DNA of 29,020 nt from Deinococcaceae bacterium (GTDB taxonomy: Bacteria; Deinococcota; Deinococci; Deinococcales; Trueperaceae). Every line of letters begins with the position of its first letter. Positions within the stretch are counted from its first letter, which is position 1. The notes under the pieces were generated by a model. The model was not told the DNA's origin. It did not search any database and worked only from the letters and a program-made list of their open reading frames with translations. Shown here piece after piece: positions 15,422 through 23,988 of this stretch. The stretch spans positions 1 to 29,020 of the forward strand of contig JBDZWC010000026.1 of assembly GCA_040256005.1 (NCBI GenBank), in the 5' to 3' direction. Position numbers and translations under genes: made by a program.

Positions 15422-17179
15422 TCAGTGGCAATGGTCGAGCCCGAGGGCCTCGTGCTCGTGCTGCCCCTGCCCGTCCTGTACGCTCGTCTCGAGCCGGCAG
15501 AAGCAGGACGACTCGACGACGACGTCGGCGCGCGCCGCGGCGAGCCGCAACCGCTGCCTGTGGAGCGCCGCCTCGTCGCGGCGCCCCAGCCGGTCGAGGC
15601 ACTCCACCAGGCCGTGTAGGGCCCACACGTTGTCGGGGTGCTGCATGGCCCGCGGCACCCGTCCCGAGAGGCCGAGGTCGTCGCGGTACTCCGCCAGCGC
15701 CTCCTCCACCCGACCCTGCTCGAGCAGGAGCGCGCCCAGCGCGTGCCTGACCGGTTGCATCCACGCCCATGGCTCGTCGTACGGCAGGCTGTCGGACAGG
15801 CGCACGGCCTCGCGGAGCCGCGCGAACGCCGTCTCGTGGTCGCCTTTGCGGTACTCGAGCTCGCCGTCGAGCATCGCCGCCGCCACGCCAAGGATGTCGC
15901 GGCAGGTGTTGTTGAAGACCGTGCGGGTCTCGGGCACCCGCTCGACGGCGGCTCTGAACGCCGCCCTCTCCTCCTCGGCGGCCGTCACGTCGCCCAGCGC
16001 CGCCAGCGCCACGCCACGGGCGTAGCGGGTCATGGCGGTCGTGACGCAGTACAGGTCCGGGTCCTCGGGCAGCGGCAGGGCGAGCACGTCGCCCCAGCGG
16101 CCGAACCGGATCAGCGCGTGGACGCCCATACTGAGGAAACCCTCGAGCCAGTCGGCCATGGGCGGGACCTCGACCCTGAGGAGGGCTTCCGGCACGGCTG
16201 CCTCGAGCTGCCTGGCGCCCTCGAGAGCCGGACCCAGCTGGCCGAGGAACATCGCCGAGTAGATCTTGAAGTGGATGTTGTGGCACCGATAGAGCGTGTA
16301 GAAGCCGTCGCCGGAGCGGGCGAAGTACTCGTCGTCGGCGCGGATCGCGCGCTCGTTCGCCACCAGCGACTCGTGGTACAGCCCGCTCAGGACGTCGATG
16401 TGAGAGGCCATGTGCCTCAGGTGCCCGGCGGCGGGCACGAGGTCGCGCAGTGCGTCGGCGGCGCGCAGGGCGGACTCGGGGTGCGGGGACATCTCCATGG
16501 TGTGGAGGTAGACATGCAGCAGGCCGGGATGCGGCGACGCGCCGTCCGCCTCCCTCTCTGTGATCGCCCGTTCGAGCGCGCTCTGCGCCTCCAGTGTGTC
16601 CGCCCCCGGCATCGGCTCGCCCGTCGTCAGGTCCCACAGCTGCCAGGGCGTGCGGTTGATGAGCGCCTCGGCGAACAGAGCCGCGACGTCGTGGTCGAAG
16701 GGGAAGGCGGCGTACACAGTACGCATCGCTCCCGCGTAGTCGTCGTTCCAGGCCTGGAACGGGGCCTCGTCGCCGGCGGTCGGCGCCGGGTAGCGCCGCG
16801 CGACCGCCGCCACGAGCGCCGCCTCGGCGGGCCAGGCGTCCGAGCCAGATTTCTCGACCGCGGTGCGGGCCCGTCCGGCGGCCTCGTACGCCTGTGCCAG
16901 GGCATCCCTTCGTTCCGCGTCGAGGAACGCCTCCCACGGCTTGTTGTAGTTGCAGCCGGCAGCGTAGGCCACGCCCCAGTGGGACATCGCGCAGTCCGGA
17001 TCCAGCGCGGCGGCGCGCTGGAAGCAGCGGATCGCTTCCTCGTGGTTGTACCCGTAGCACCAGTTGAGGCCGCGGTCGAACCAGAGCTGCGCCTCGGCCG
17101 AGGACGTGCGCACCGGCCGGCTGTACGCACCCAGGTCGTAGTAAGAGGTCGGGTCGGGCGTCTGGGCGGGCTGCTCCAC
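15422..17179 (-). CDS. TPR-like alpha-helical protein with His-rich motifs, function unknown
   Basis: AQLWFDRGL..YGYNHEEAIRCFQRAAALDPDCAMSHWG, HPGLLHVYLHTME, GHLRHMASHID, LPYDEPW, LGALLLEQGRVEEA; SD GGAGG before GTG 17179. Confidence 0.85.
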   Translation of the reverse strand: MEQPAQTPDPTSYYDLGAYSRPVRTSSAEAQLWFDRGLNWCYGYNHEEAIRCFQRAAALDPDCAMSHWGVAYAAGCNYNKPWEAFLDAERRDALAQAYEAAGRARTAVEKSGSDAWPAEAALVAAVARRYPAPTAGDEAPFQAWNDDYAGAMRTVYAAFPFDHDVAALFAEALINRTPWQLWDLTTGEPMPGADTLEAQSALERAITEREADGASPHPGLLHVYLHTMEMSPHPESALRAADALRDLVPAAGHLRHMASHIDVLSGLYHESLVANERAIRADDEYFARSGDGFYTLYRCHNIHFKIYSAMFLGQLGPALEGARQLEAAVPEALLRVEVPPMADWLEGFLSMGVHALIRFGRWGDVLALPLPEDPDLYCVTTAMTRYARGVALAALGDVTAAEEERAAFRAAVERVPETRTVFNNTCRDILGVAAAMLDGELEYRKGDHETAFARLREAVRLSDSLPYDEPWAWMQPVRHALGALLLEQGRVEEALAEYRDDLGLSGRVPRAMQHPDNVWALHGLVECLDRLGRRDEAALHRQRLRLAAARADVVVESSCFCRLETSVQDGQGQHEHEALGLDHCH

Positions 17180-17226
17180 GGTTCACCTCCGGGTCGACGG
17201 TCTGCTGGCGCGGGTTGCGACCACTG

Positions 17227-17315
17227 ATGCTAGCGGACTGCCGGGGAAGAGGGCAGCAGAGCGCCCCGATGGGCTCGTCGCGTCCTGGTTAGGCGCGGGA
17301 GGCTAGGCGTAGAAT
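17227..17315. promoter_or_regulatory. Divergent promoter region: -10 TAGCAT (- strand, 17227-17232) and -10 TAGAAT (+ strand, 17310-17315)
   Basis: Two TANNNT boxes pointing away from each other in the 218-nt gap between the TPR gene and mmsA. Confidence 0.55.
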
Positions 17316-17397
17316 GCCGCCAAGCCAAAACCGGTGCCGGCTCGCCGCCAGCTGCGTCGAGCCTCAGCTACCCCATACCCGGAGACGGAGCAGCGGA

Positions 17398-18882
17398 ATG
17401 ATAGAGGCGCAGGCAGAAGTCCTTCTCAACTACGTGGGCGGCCAGTGGGTGCGGTCCCAGTCAGGCAGCTCGAGCCCGGTTCGCAACCCGGCCACGGCCG
17501 AGACCATCGCGATGGTTCCACTCAGCCCGGCCGAGGAGGTCGACGCCGCCGTCAGGGCAGCCAAGGAGGCTTTCCCCGCCTGGCGCGAGACCCCGGTCGT
17601 CGACCGCATCAAACCGCTCTTCAAGCTCCGCGACCTGCTCGTCGCTCACCAGGCGGAGCTGGCCAGGACGATAACGAACGAGGCCGGCAAGACGTACGGC
17701 GAGTCGTTCGCTGAGATGGCGCGCGGCATCGAGAACGTAGAGGTCGCCTGTGGTGCCCCGATCATGATGCAGGGCACGAACAACGAGGACATCGCCCACG
17801 GCATAGACGAGCACATGATCCGGCAGCCGTTGGGCGTCGTCGCCGCCATCACGCCGTTCAACTTCCCCGGCATGATCCCGTTGTGGTTCATGCCGTACGC
17901 CGTGGCGGCCGGCAACTGCTTCCTCCTCAAACCCAGCGAGAAGGTCCCCATGACCACGCAGCTCCTCTTCCGGCTGTTCGAGGAGGCCGGCTTCCCCGCC
18001 GGCGTGGTGGGCTTGGTCAACGGGGGCAAGGAGACGGTCGACGCGATACTCGACCATCCGGACGTCAAGGCCGTCTCCTTCGTCGGCTCGACGCCCGTGG
18101 CCAAGTACATCTACTCGCGGGCCGCCGCCAGCGGCAAGCGGGCGCAGTGCCAGGGCGGGGCGAAGAACCCGGCCGTGGTGCTGCCCGACGCCGACATGGA
18201 GATGTCAACGCGCATCTTGGCGGACTCCGCCTTCGGTTGCGCGGGCCAGCGGTGCCTGGCCACCTCCGCGGTGGTGACGGTCGGCGCGGCCAGGGACGAG
18301 TTCACAGAGCGCATCACCGCCGCCGCCGAGAGCCGCAAGGTGGGCTACGGTCTCGATGAGGGCGTCGAGATGGGTCCCGTCATCAGCTCGGAGTCGAAGC
18401 AGCGCATCAGCTCGCTGGTGGACCAGGGGCTCAAGGAGGGCGCCAGGGCCCTCGTCGACGGCCGCCAGAAGGAGGTCGACGGCTTCCGGGACGGTTACTT
18501 CGTGCATCCGACCGTGCTCGACCAGGTGGACCCCAGCAGCACGATCGCCACGAACGAGGTCTTCGGCCCGGTGCTGGCCCTCATGCACGCTCGTGACCTC
18601 GACGAGGCCATCGCCATCGTCAACGACCGGCGCTTCGGGAACCAGGCGAGCATCTTCACGTCGTCCGGCGCCGCCGCCAGGCACTTCAGGCACAACGCCA
18701 TCGCCGGCAACATCGGCATCAACCTGGGGGTCGCGGCGCCCATGGCGTTCTTCCCGTTCAGCGGCTGGAGCGACAGCTTCTTCGGCGACCTGCACGCCCA
18801 GGCCCACCACGGCTTCGAGTTCTACACGCAGACGAAGGTCGTCATCGAGCGCTGGCCCAAGCAGTGGAGCCGGACGTTCTGA
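17398..18882 (+). CDS. mmsA: CoA-acylating (methyl)malonate-semialdehyde dehydrogenase
   Basis: ITPFNFPGMIPLWF, LKPSEKVP, SFVGST, GGAKN, SAFGCAGQRCLA (catalytic Cys), EVFGPV, FSGW..SFFGDLHAQ; SD GGAG before ATG 17398. Confidence 0.92.
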   Translation: MIEAQAEVLLNYVGGQWVRSQSGSSSPVRNPATAETIAMVPLSPAEEVDAAVRAAKEAFPAWRETPVVDRIKPLFKLRDLLVAHQAELARTITNEAGKTYGESFAEMARGIENVEVACGAPIMMQGTNNEDIAHGIDEHMIRQPLGVVAAITPFNFPGMIPLWFMPYAVAAGNCFLLKPSEKVPMTTQLLFRLFEEAGFPAGVVGLVNGGKETVDAILDHPDVKAVSFVGSTPVAKYIYSRAAASGKRAQCQGGAKNPAVVLPDADMEMSTRILADSAFGCAGQRCLATSAVVTVGAARDEFTERITAAAESRKVGYGLDEGVEMGPVISSESKQRISSLVDQGLKEGARALVDGRQKEVDGFRDGYFVHPTVLDQVDPSSTIATNEVFGPVLALMHARDLDEAIAIVNDRRFGNQASIFTSSGAAARHFRHNAIAGNIGINLGVAAPMAFFPFSGWSDSFFGDLHAQAHHGFEFYTQTKVVIERWPKQWSRTF

Positions 18883-18884
18883 AG

Positions 18885-20333
18885 ATGGACCGCTCGCCGC
18901 TCTCCCTGGAGCAGCTCCAGGACGCCTTCACCGAGACGTACCCTCGCTACACGGAGAACGAGGCGTTCGTCGAGGCCAGCAGGTGCCTGTACTGCTTCGA
19001 CGCGCCCTGCATCAAGGCGTGCCCCACCGACATCGACGTCCCCACCTTCATCCGCAAGATCGCGACCGGCAACGTGCTCGGAGCGGCCACGACGATCCTC
19101 GAGTCGAACCTCATGGGCCACAGCTGCGGCCGGGTCTGCCCGGTGGACGAGCTGTGCGTGGGCGCCTGCGTGCTGGGCGCCGAGCATCGCCCCATCGCGA
19201 TCGGCCGCCTACAACGCTACGCGACCGATCACCTGTTCGGGGTGGGGGCCATGCCCTTCGAGGCGGCGCCGCCCACGGGGAAGCGTGTGGCGATCGTGGG
19301 TGGCGGCCCTGCCGGCCTGTCGTGCGCCGGTGAGCTGGCGAAGCTGGGCATCGAGGCGCACGTCTACGAGAAGAACGAGCTGCCGGGCGGCCTCTCGACG
19401 TACGGCATCGTCGTCATGCGCGAGCCGGTGGCCGTGTCCCTCGAGGAGGTCGAGTTCGTCAAGCGGCTCGGCGTGCACGTCCACACTGGTGTGCAGGTAG
19501 GCGAGGACCTCGACCCCCAGCGCCTCATCGCCGATCACGACGCTGTCGTCATCGCGGCCGGGACCGGCAAGGTACCCAGGCTCGGCATCCCCGGCGAGGA
19601 CTTAGGGGGCGTCACCGACGCCCTCGATTTCATCGCCGCCACGAAGATGGCCGAGAAGGACGGCCTGGCGCACCTCTACGACGTGCGTGTGGGCCGGGAG
19701 GTCATCGTCGTGGGCGCCGGCAACACGGCCATCGACGCCGCCACCATCGCCAGGCGCCTGGGCGCTGACCGCGTGACGATGGTCTACCGGAGGGGGCGCG
19801 AGGAGATGCCCGCCTACGACTTCGAGGTCGCCTTCGTGCGCAACGAGGGCGTTGACATCCGTCTGCTCACGCAGCCGGTAGAGGTGCTGGGTGAGGCCGG
19901 ACGCGTCACCGGCTTGCGCTGCGTGCGGATGGCGCTGGGCGAACCGGACGACAGCGGCAGGCGCCGCCCGGAGCCCGTGCCTGGCAGCGAGTTCGTGCTG
20001 CCGGCGGACCAGGTGATCCTGGCCATCGGCCAGGAGAAGCACCTAGACCTGTTCGCCAAGTTCGGCGTGGAGGTCACGCACGGCTACGTGCGCTCCGACG
20101 CCGAGCTGCGCACCTCGAACCCCAAGGTCTTCGCCGCCGGCGACTGCACGCGCGTGACCGGCCACGCCCTGACTGTCACGGCAGCGCAGGACGGCAAGAT
20201 CGCCGCCGCGGCGGTCGCGCGCCAGTTGGGCGTGCAGGTGCCTGACGTTCCGCCGGGCGTGCCCACGGGCAGGCCCATCCTCACTCAGCCAGAGAGGCCA
20301 GCGGGTGCGCCGGTAGGAGGAGCGAGTGGCTGA
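18885..20333 (+). CDS. preT: NAD-dependent dihydropyrimidine dehydrogenase subunit PreT (GltD-like Fe-S flavoprotein)
   Basis: EASRCLYCFDAPCIKACPT, CGRVCP...LC..AC, GGGPAG and GAGNTAID dinucleotide motifs, FAAGDC; adjacent to preA and hydA. Confidence 0.9.
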   Translation: MDRSPLSLEQLQDAFTETYPRYTENEAFVEASRCLYCFDAPCIKACPTDIDVPTFIRKIATGNVLGAATTILESNLMGHSCGRVCPVDELCVGACVLGAEHRPIAIGRLQRYATDHLFGVGAMPFEAAPPTGKRVAIVGGGPAGLSCAGELAKLGIEAHVYEKNELPGGLSTYGIVVMREPVAVSLEEVEFVKRLGVHVHTGVQVGEDLDPQRLIADHDAVVIAAGTGKVPRLGIPGEDLGGVTDALDFIAATKMAEKDGLAHLYDVRVGREVIVVGAGNTAIDAATIARRLGADRVTMVYRRGREEMPAYDFEVAFVRNEGVDIRLLTQPVEVLGEAGRVTGLRCVRMALGEPDDSGRRRPEPVPGSEFVLPADQVILAIGQEKHLDLFAKFGVEVTHGYVRSDAELRTSNPKVFAAGDCTRVTGHALTVTAAQDGKIAAAAVARQLGVQVPDVPPGVPTGRPILTQPERPAGAPVGGASG

Positions 20334-21717
20334 CCTCAGCATCGACTTCGCGGGGGTGCGCTCACCCAACCCGTTCTGGCTGGCGTCCGCGCCGCCCACG
20401 AACACCGCGTACCAGATCAACAAGGCCTTCGAGTACGGCTGGGGCGGAGCCGTGTGGAAGACGATCGGCGACCCCGTCCTCAACGTCAGCAACCGCTACG
20501 GCGCGTTCGAGTTCGGCGGCAACAGGCTCGTGGCCATCAACAACGTCGAGCTGATCTCGGACAGGCCCCTGGAGGTGAACCTCAAGGAGATCGCCGAGGT
20601 CAAGAAGCTGTGGCCGGACAGAGCCGTCGTCGTGTCCGCGATGGTCTCGTCGAACCCAGAGGCGTGGCAGAGGATCGTCCAGCAGATAGAGGACACCGGG
20701 GCCGACGCCATCGAGCTCAACTACGGTTGCCCCCACGGGATGTCGGAGCGCGGCATGGGCGCCGCGGTCGGACAGGTGCCCGAGTACTGCTCGCTGATCA
20801 CCAGCTGGGTGACCGAGGCCGCCTCGATCCCCGTCATCGTCAAGCTCACACCCAACGTCACCGACATCACCAAACCGGCTCGTGCCGCCATCGCCGGCCG
20901 CGCGAACGGGATCTCGCTCATCAACACGATCAACTCGATCGTCGGCGTCGACCTCGACTCGTTCGAGCTGCGCCCGAACATCGGCGGCAAGGGCGGCCAC
21001 GGCGGCTACGCCGGGCCGGCCGTCAAGCCCATCGCGCTGCACATGCTCTCTCAGGTGGCGATCGACGACGAGGTGAAGGCTGCCGGTGTGCCCATCTCGG
21101 GCATGGGCGGCGTGCAGACCTGGCGCGACGCCGCCGAGTTCCTGCTGCTGGGCGCCACCTCGATACAGGTATGCACGGCCGTGATGCACTACGGCTTCAG
21201 GCTCATCGAGGACCTGACCGACGGGCTGTCGAACTGGCTCGACTCCAAGGGTGCTTGCAGCGTCAAGGAGGTCATCGGGGCCTCCACTCACCGCGTCTCC
21301 GACTTCGGCGACTTCGACCTGTCGTTCAAGACGGTCGCCCGCATCGACGAGGACAAGTGCATCCAGTGCAACCTGTGTTACGTCGCCTGTGACGAGGGCG
21401 CACACCAGTGCATAGACCTGACGGTGGACGGGGCGAGGATCGATCCCGCGGCCTACGCGGGCGTGCGGGCCAGCCTCAACGCCGGGGTGGGTCCTCAGGG
21501 GCCGAAGCCGCAACCGAAGGTGCGCGAGGAGGACTGCGTGGGCTGCGACCTGTGCAGCCTGGTGTGTCCGGTGGAGGACTGCATCACGATGGTCGAGGTG
21601 CCGCCGGAGCGGGGCAGCGTGACGTGGAACGACCTGGTGCGGACCCGCCCCGAGGTCACGACGGACTGGGACGCGATGAACGCGTACCGCGCCGAGGTCG
21701 GCATAGACATCCACTGA
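20326..21717 (+). CDS. preA: NAD-dependent dihydropyrimidine dehydrogenase subunit PreA
   Basis: PNPFWLASAPPT, NNVELIS, ELNYGCPHGMSERGMG (catalytic Cys), KLTPNVT, INTINSI, two C-terminal 4Fe-4S motifs (CIQCNLCYVAC, CVGCDLCSLVCP). Confidence 0.95.
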   Translation: MADLSIDFAGVRSPNPFWLASAPPTNTAYQINKAFEYGWGGAVWKTIGDPVLNVSNRYGAFEFGGNRLVAINNVELISDRPLEVNLKEIAEVKKLWPDRAVVVSAMVSSNPEAWQRIVQQIEDTGADAIELNYGCPHGMSERGMGAAVGQVPEYCSLITSWVTEAASIPVIVKLTPNVTDITKPARAAIAGRANGISLINTINSIVGVDLDSFELRPNIGGKGGHGGYAGPAVKPIALHMLSQVAIDDEVKAAGVPISGMGGVQTWRDAAEFLLLGATSIQVCTAVMHYGFRLIEDLTDGLSNWLDSKGACSVKEVIGASTHRVSDFGDFDLSFKTVARIDEDKCIQCNLCYVACDEGAHQCIDLTVDGARIDPAAYAGVRASLNAGVGPQGPKPQPKVREEDCVGCDLCSLVCPVEDCITMVEVPPERGSVTWNDLVRTRPEVTTDWDAMNAYRAEVGIDIH

Positions 21718-21746
21718 CGGAACAAGGAGAGGGTGCAAGGGAGCGC

Positions 21747-23126
21747 ATGAGCCTACTGATCAAGAACGGAGAGGTCGTCACTGCGGGCGGCCGGGTCAAG
21801 GCCGACATCTACTGTGAGGACGAGGTGATCACGGCACTCGGCACTGGCCTCGACGCGCCGCCCGATGCCGAGGTGATAGACGCGAGCGGCAAGTACGTCT
21901 TCCCCGGCTTCATCGACCCCCACGTTCACATCTACCTGCCGTTCATGGGGACGGCCACGAAGGACACGCACGCCACGGGCTCCCAGGCGGCGCTGGTGGG
22001 CGGCACCACGACTTACATCGAGATGCTGGCCCCCAGCCGCACGGAGGACCTACGCGCCGGCTACGCCCACTGGCGGGGGCTCGCCGAGGGCAACTCGGCG
22101 TGCGACTACACCTTCCATATCGGCGTTACCCGCTTCGACGACGTGACGGAAGGCGTCCTGCGCGACCTCGTCGCCGACGGCATGACGTCGTTCAAGGTGT
22201 TCCTCGCCTACGAGGGCTTCTTCGGCGTGACCGACGAGGAGCTCTACTCCACACTCAGGCTCGCCAAGGAGCTCGGCGTCATCGTCACCGCTCACTGCGA
22301 GAACTCTGGCCTCATCGCAGCCATGCAACAGGCGCTCTTGGCCGAGGGCAAGACAGGGCCAGAGTGGCACGAGCCAAGCAGGCCGGACGTCGTGGAGGCC
22401 GCCGGAACGGCGAAGTTCGCCACCTTCCTCGAGATCACGGGCGCGAAGGGCTACGTCGTGCATCTCTCCAACGCCAAGGCGCTGCGCGAGGCCGTAGAGG
22501 CCAAGCTGAGGGGCGTGGACCTCAGCATCGAGGCCGTCATCCCGCACCTCGTCCTCGACAAGTCGTACGCCGAACGCCCCAACTTCGAGGGCGCCAAGTA
22601 CGTGATGAGCCCGCCGCTGCGCACGAAGGACGATCAGCGGGCGTTGTGGCGTGGGCTGAGCCGCGGGCTGATAGACACCGTCGGCACCGACCACGCGCCC
22701 TTCGACGTCGAGCAGAAGGCCATGGGCAAGGAGGCGTTCACGGGCATCCCCAACGGCATGCCGGCGATCGAGGACCGCGTGAACCTGCTCTACACACACG
22801 GCGTGAGCCGCGGCGACCTGAGCCTCGAGCGCTTCGTCGAGGTGGCGTCGACGAACGCCGCCAAGCTCTTCGGCCTCTACCCGCGCAAGGGCTCCATCTC
22901 CGTGGGGGCCGACGCCGACCTCGTCGTCTACGATCCCGGCTACCGCGGGAAGATAAGCGCCGCGACGCACAAGATGAACGTCGACTACAGCGCCTTCGAG
23001 GGCTTCGACATCGACGGCAAGCCGAGCGTCGTGACCGTGAGAGGGCAGGTTGCCGTCAGGGACGGCGAGTTCGTCGGGGAACCGGGTCGGGGTCGCCTGC
23101 TCAGGCGCCGGCCCATCGGTGGCTGA
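21747..23126 (+). CDS. hydA: Dihydropyrimidinase (D-hydantoinase)
   Basis: PGFIDPHVH, GGTTT, SFKVFLAY (carboxylated Lys), HCEN, VVHLS, VMSPPLR, GTDHAPF, IPNG. Confidence 0.95.
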   Translation: MSLLIKNGEVVTAGGRVKADIYCEDEVITALGTGLDAPPDAEVIDASGKYVFPGFIDPHVHIYLPFMGTATKDTHATGSQAALVGGTTTYIEMLAPSRTEDLRAGYAHWRGLAEGNSACDYTFHIGVTRFDDVTEGVLRDLVADGMTSFKVFLAYEGFFGVTDEELYSTLRLAKELGVIVTAHCENSGLIAAMQQALLAEGKTGPEWHEPSRPDVVEAAGTAKFATFLEITGAKGYVVHLSNAKALREAVEAKLRGVDLSIEAVIPHLVLDKSYAERPNFEGAKYVMSPPLRTKDDQRALWRGLSRGLIDTVGTDHAPFDVEQKAMGKEAFTGIPNGMPAIEDRVNLLYTHGVSRGDLSLERFVEVASTNAAKLFGLYPRKGSISVGADADLVVYDPGYRGKISAATHKMNVDYSAFEGFDIDGKPSVVTVRGQVAVRDGEFVGEPGRGRLLRRRPIGG

Positions 23127-23985
23127 GCCAGTCGGCGGGACCGTGGCGCCTGCGGTGACCTCGCCCGTCATCAGCGTCAGGGCCGTCGACATGGTCTTCC
23201 GCGTCGGTAAGGGCGAGGCCGTGGCGCTGGAGGACGCCAACCTCGAGGTCATGGACGGCGACTTCGTGAGCCTGATCGGCCCGTCCGGCTGCGGGAAGAC
23301 GACGCTCATGCGGCTGGTCGCCGACCTCGTGGAGCCCACCGCTGGCGAGATCACCGTGGCCGGCAAGACGCCCAGGCAGGCGCGGGAGGACCGCGAGTAC
23401 GGCTACGTCTTCCAGGCGCCCGTGCTGTACGAATGGCGCACCGTGATCGCGAACGTGACGCTGCCGCTCGAGATCATGGGCCACCCGAAGGGGCGCCGGC
23501 GCGAGCGGGCGCGCGAGCTGCTGAAGATGGTGGGCCTCGAGCGCTTCGAGCGCTCCTACCCGTGGCAGCTGTCCGGCGGCATGCAGCAGCGCGTCTCGAT
23601 AGCCAGGGCGCTGGCGTTCGACCCCAAGCTGCTCCTGATGGACGAGCCGTTCGGGGCGCTGGACGAGATCACCCGCGAGGCGATGAACCTCGAGCTGCTG
23701 CGGCTGTGGCAGGAGACGCGGAAGACCGTCGTGTTCGTCACCCACTCGATCGCCGAGGCCGTCTTCCTGTCGTCGCGGATCGTGGTGATGACGCCGCGAC
23801 CCGGCCGGATCCGCGAGGTCATCGAGGTCGACCTCCCGTACCCCCGCACCGCGGAGACGAGGGAGAGCGAGAGGTTCTTCGAGCTGACGACGCAGGTGCG
23901 CGAGGCGCTGAGGGGTGCGCCGCACGGCGGCGGAGCGGCGCCGAGCGCCGCCGAACAGCCGCTGCAGAGGACGGCCGGGTACTAG
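23119..23985 (+). CDS. NitT/TauT family ABC transporter ATP-binding protein (probable pyrimidine uptake)
   Basis: GPSGCGKTT, YVFQAP.L.EWR, LSGGMQQR, LLMDEPFGALD, FVTHSIAEAVFLS; GTG overlaps the hydA stop. Confidence 0.93.
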   Translation: MAEPVGGTVAPAVTSPVISVRAVDMVFRVGKGEAVALEDANLEVMDGDFVSLIGPSGCGKTTLMRLVADLVEPTAGEITVAGKTPRQAREDREYGYVFQAPVLYEWRTVIANVTLPLEIMGHPKGRRRERARELLKMVGLERFERSYPWQLSGGMQQRVSIARALAFDPKLLLMDEPFGALDEITREAMNLELLRLWQETRKTVVFVTHSIAEAVFLSSRIVVMTPRPGRIREVIEVDLPYPRTAETRESERFFELTTQVREALRGAPHGGGAAPSAAEQPLQRTAGY

Positions 23986-23988
23986 AGC

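Noticed and set aside
15333..17227. Long alternative-frame and antisense ORFs (e.g. 617 aa, 529 aa, and many others across the window)
   Set aside because: Shadow ORFs expected from stop-codon scarcity at high GC; Arg/Gly/Pro-rich, no motifs, and fully overlapping well-supported genes
18885..20333. Glutamate synthase small subunit gltD
   Set aside because: Homologous fold, but the overlap with preA and adjacency to hydA identify it as PreT
21408..21746. N-terminal extension of HydA (likewise the track extensions of mmsA, the ABC ATPase, the binding protein and the DUF4342 gene)
   Set aside because: They overlap upstream genes or promoters; downstream starts with an SD or stop overlap match family N-termini
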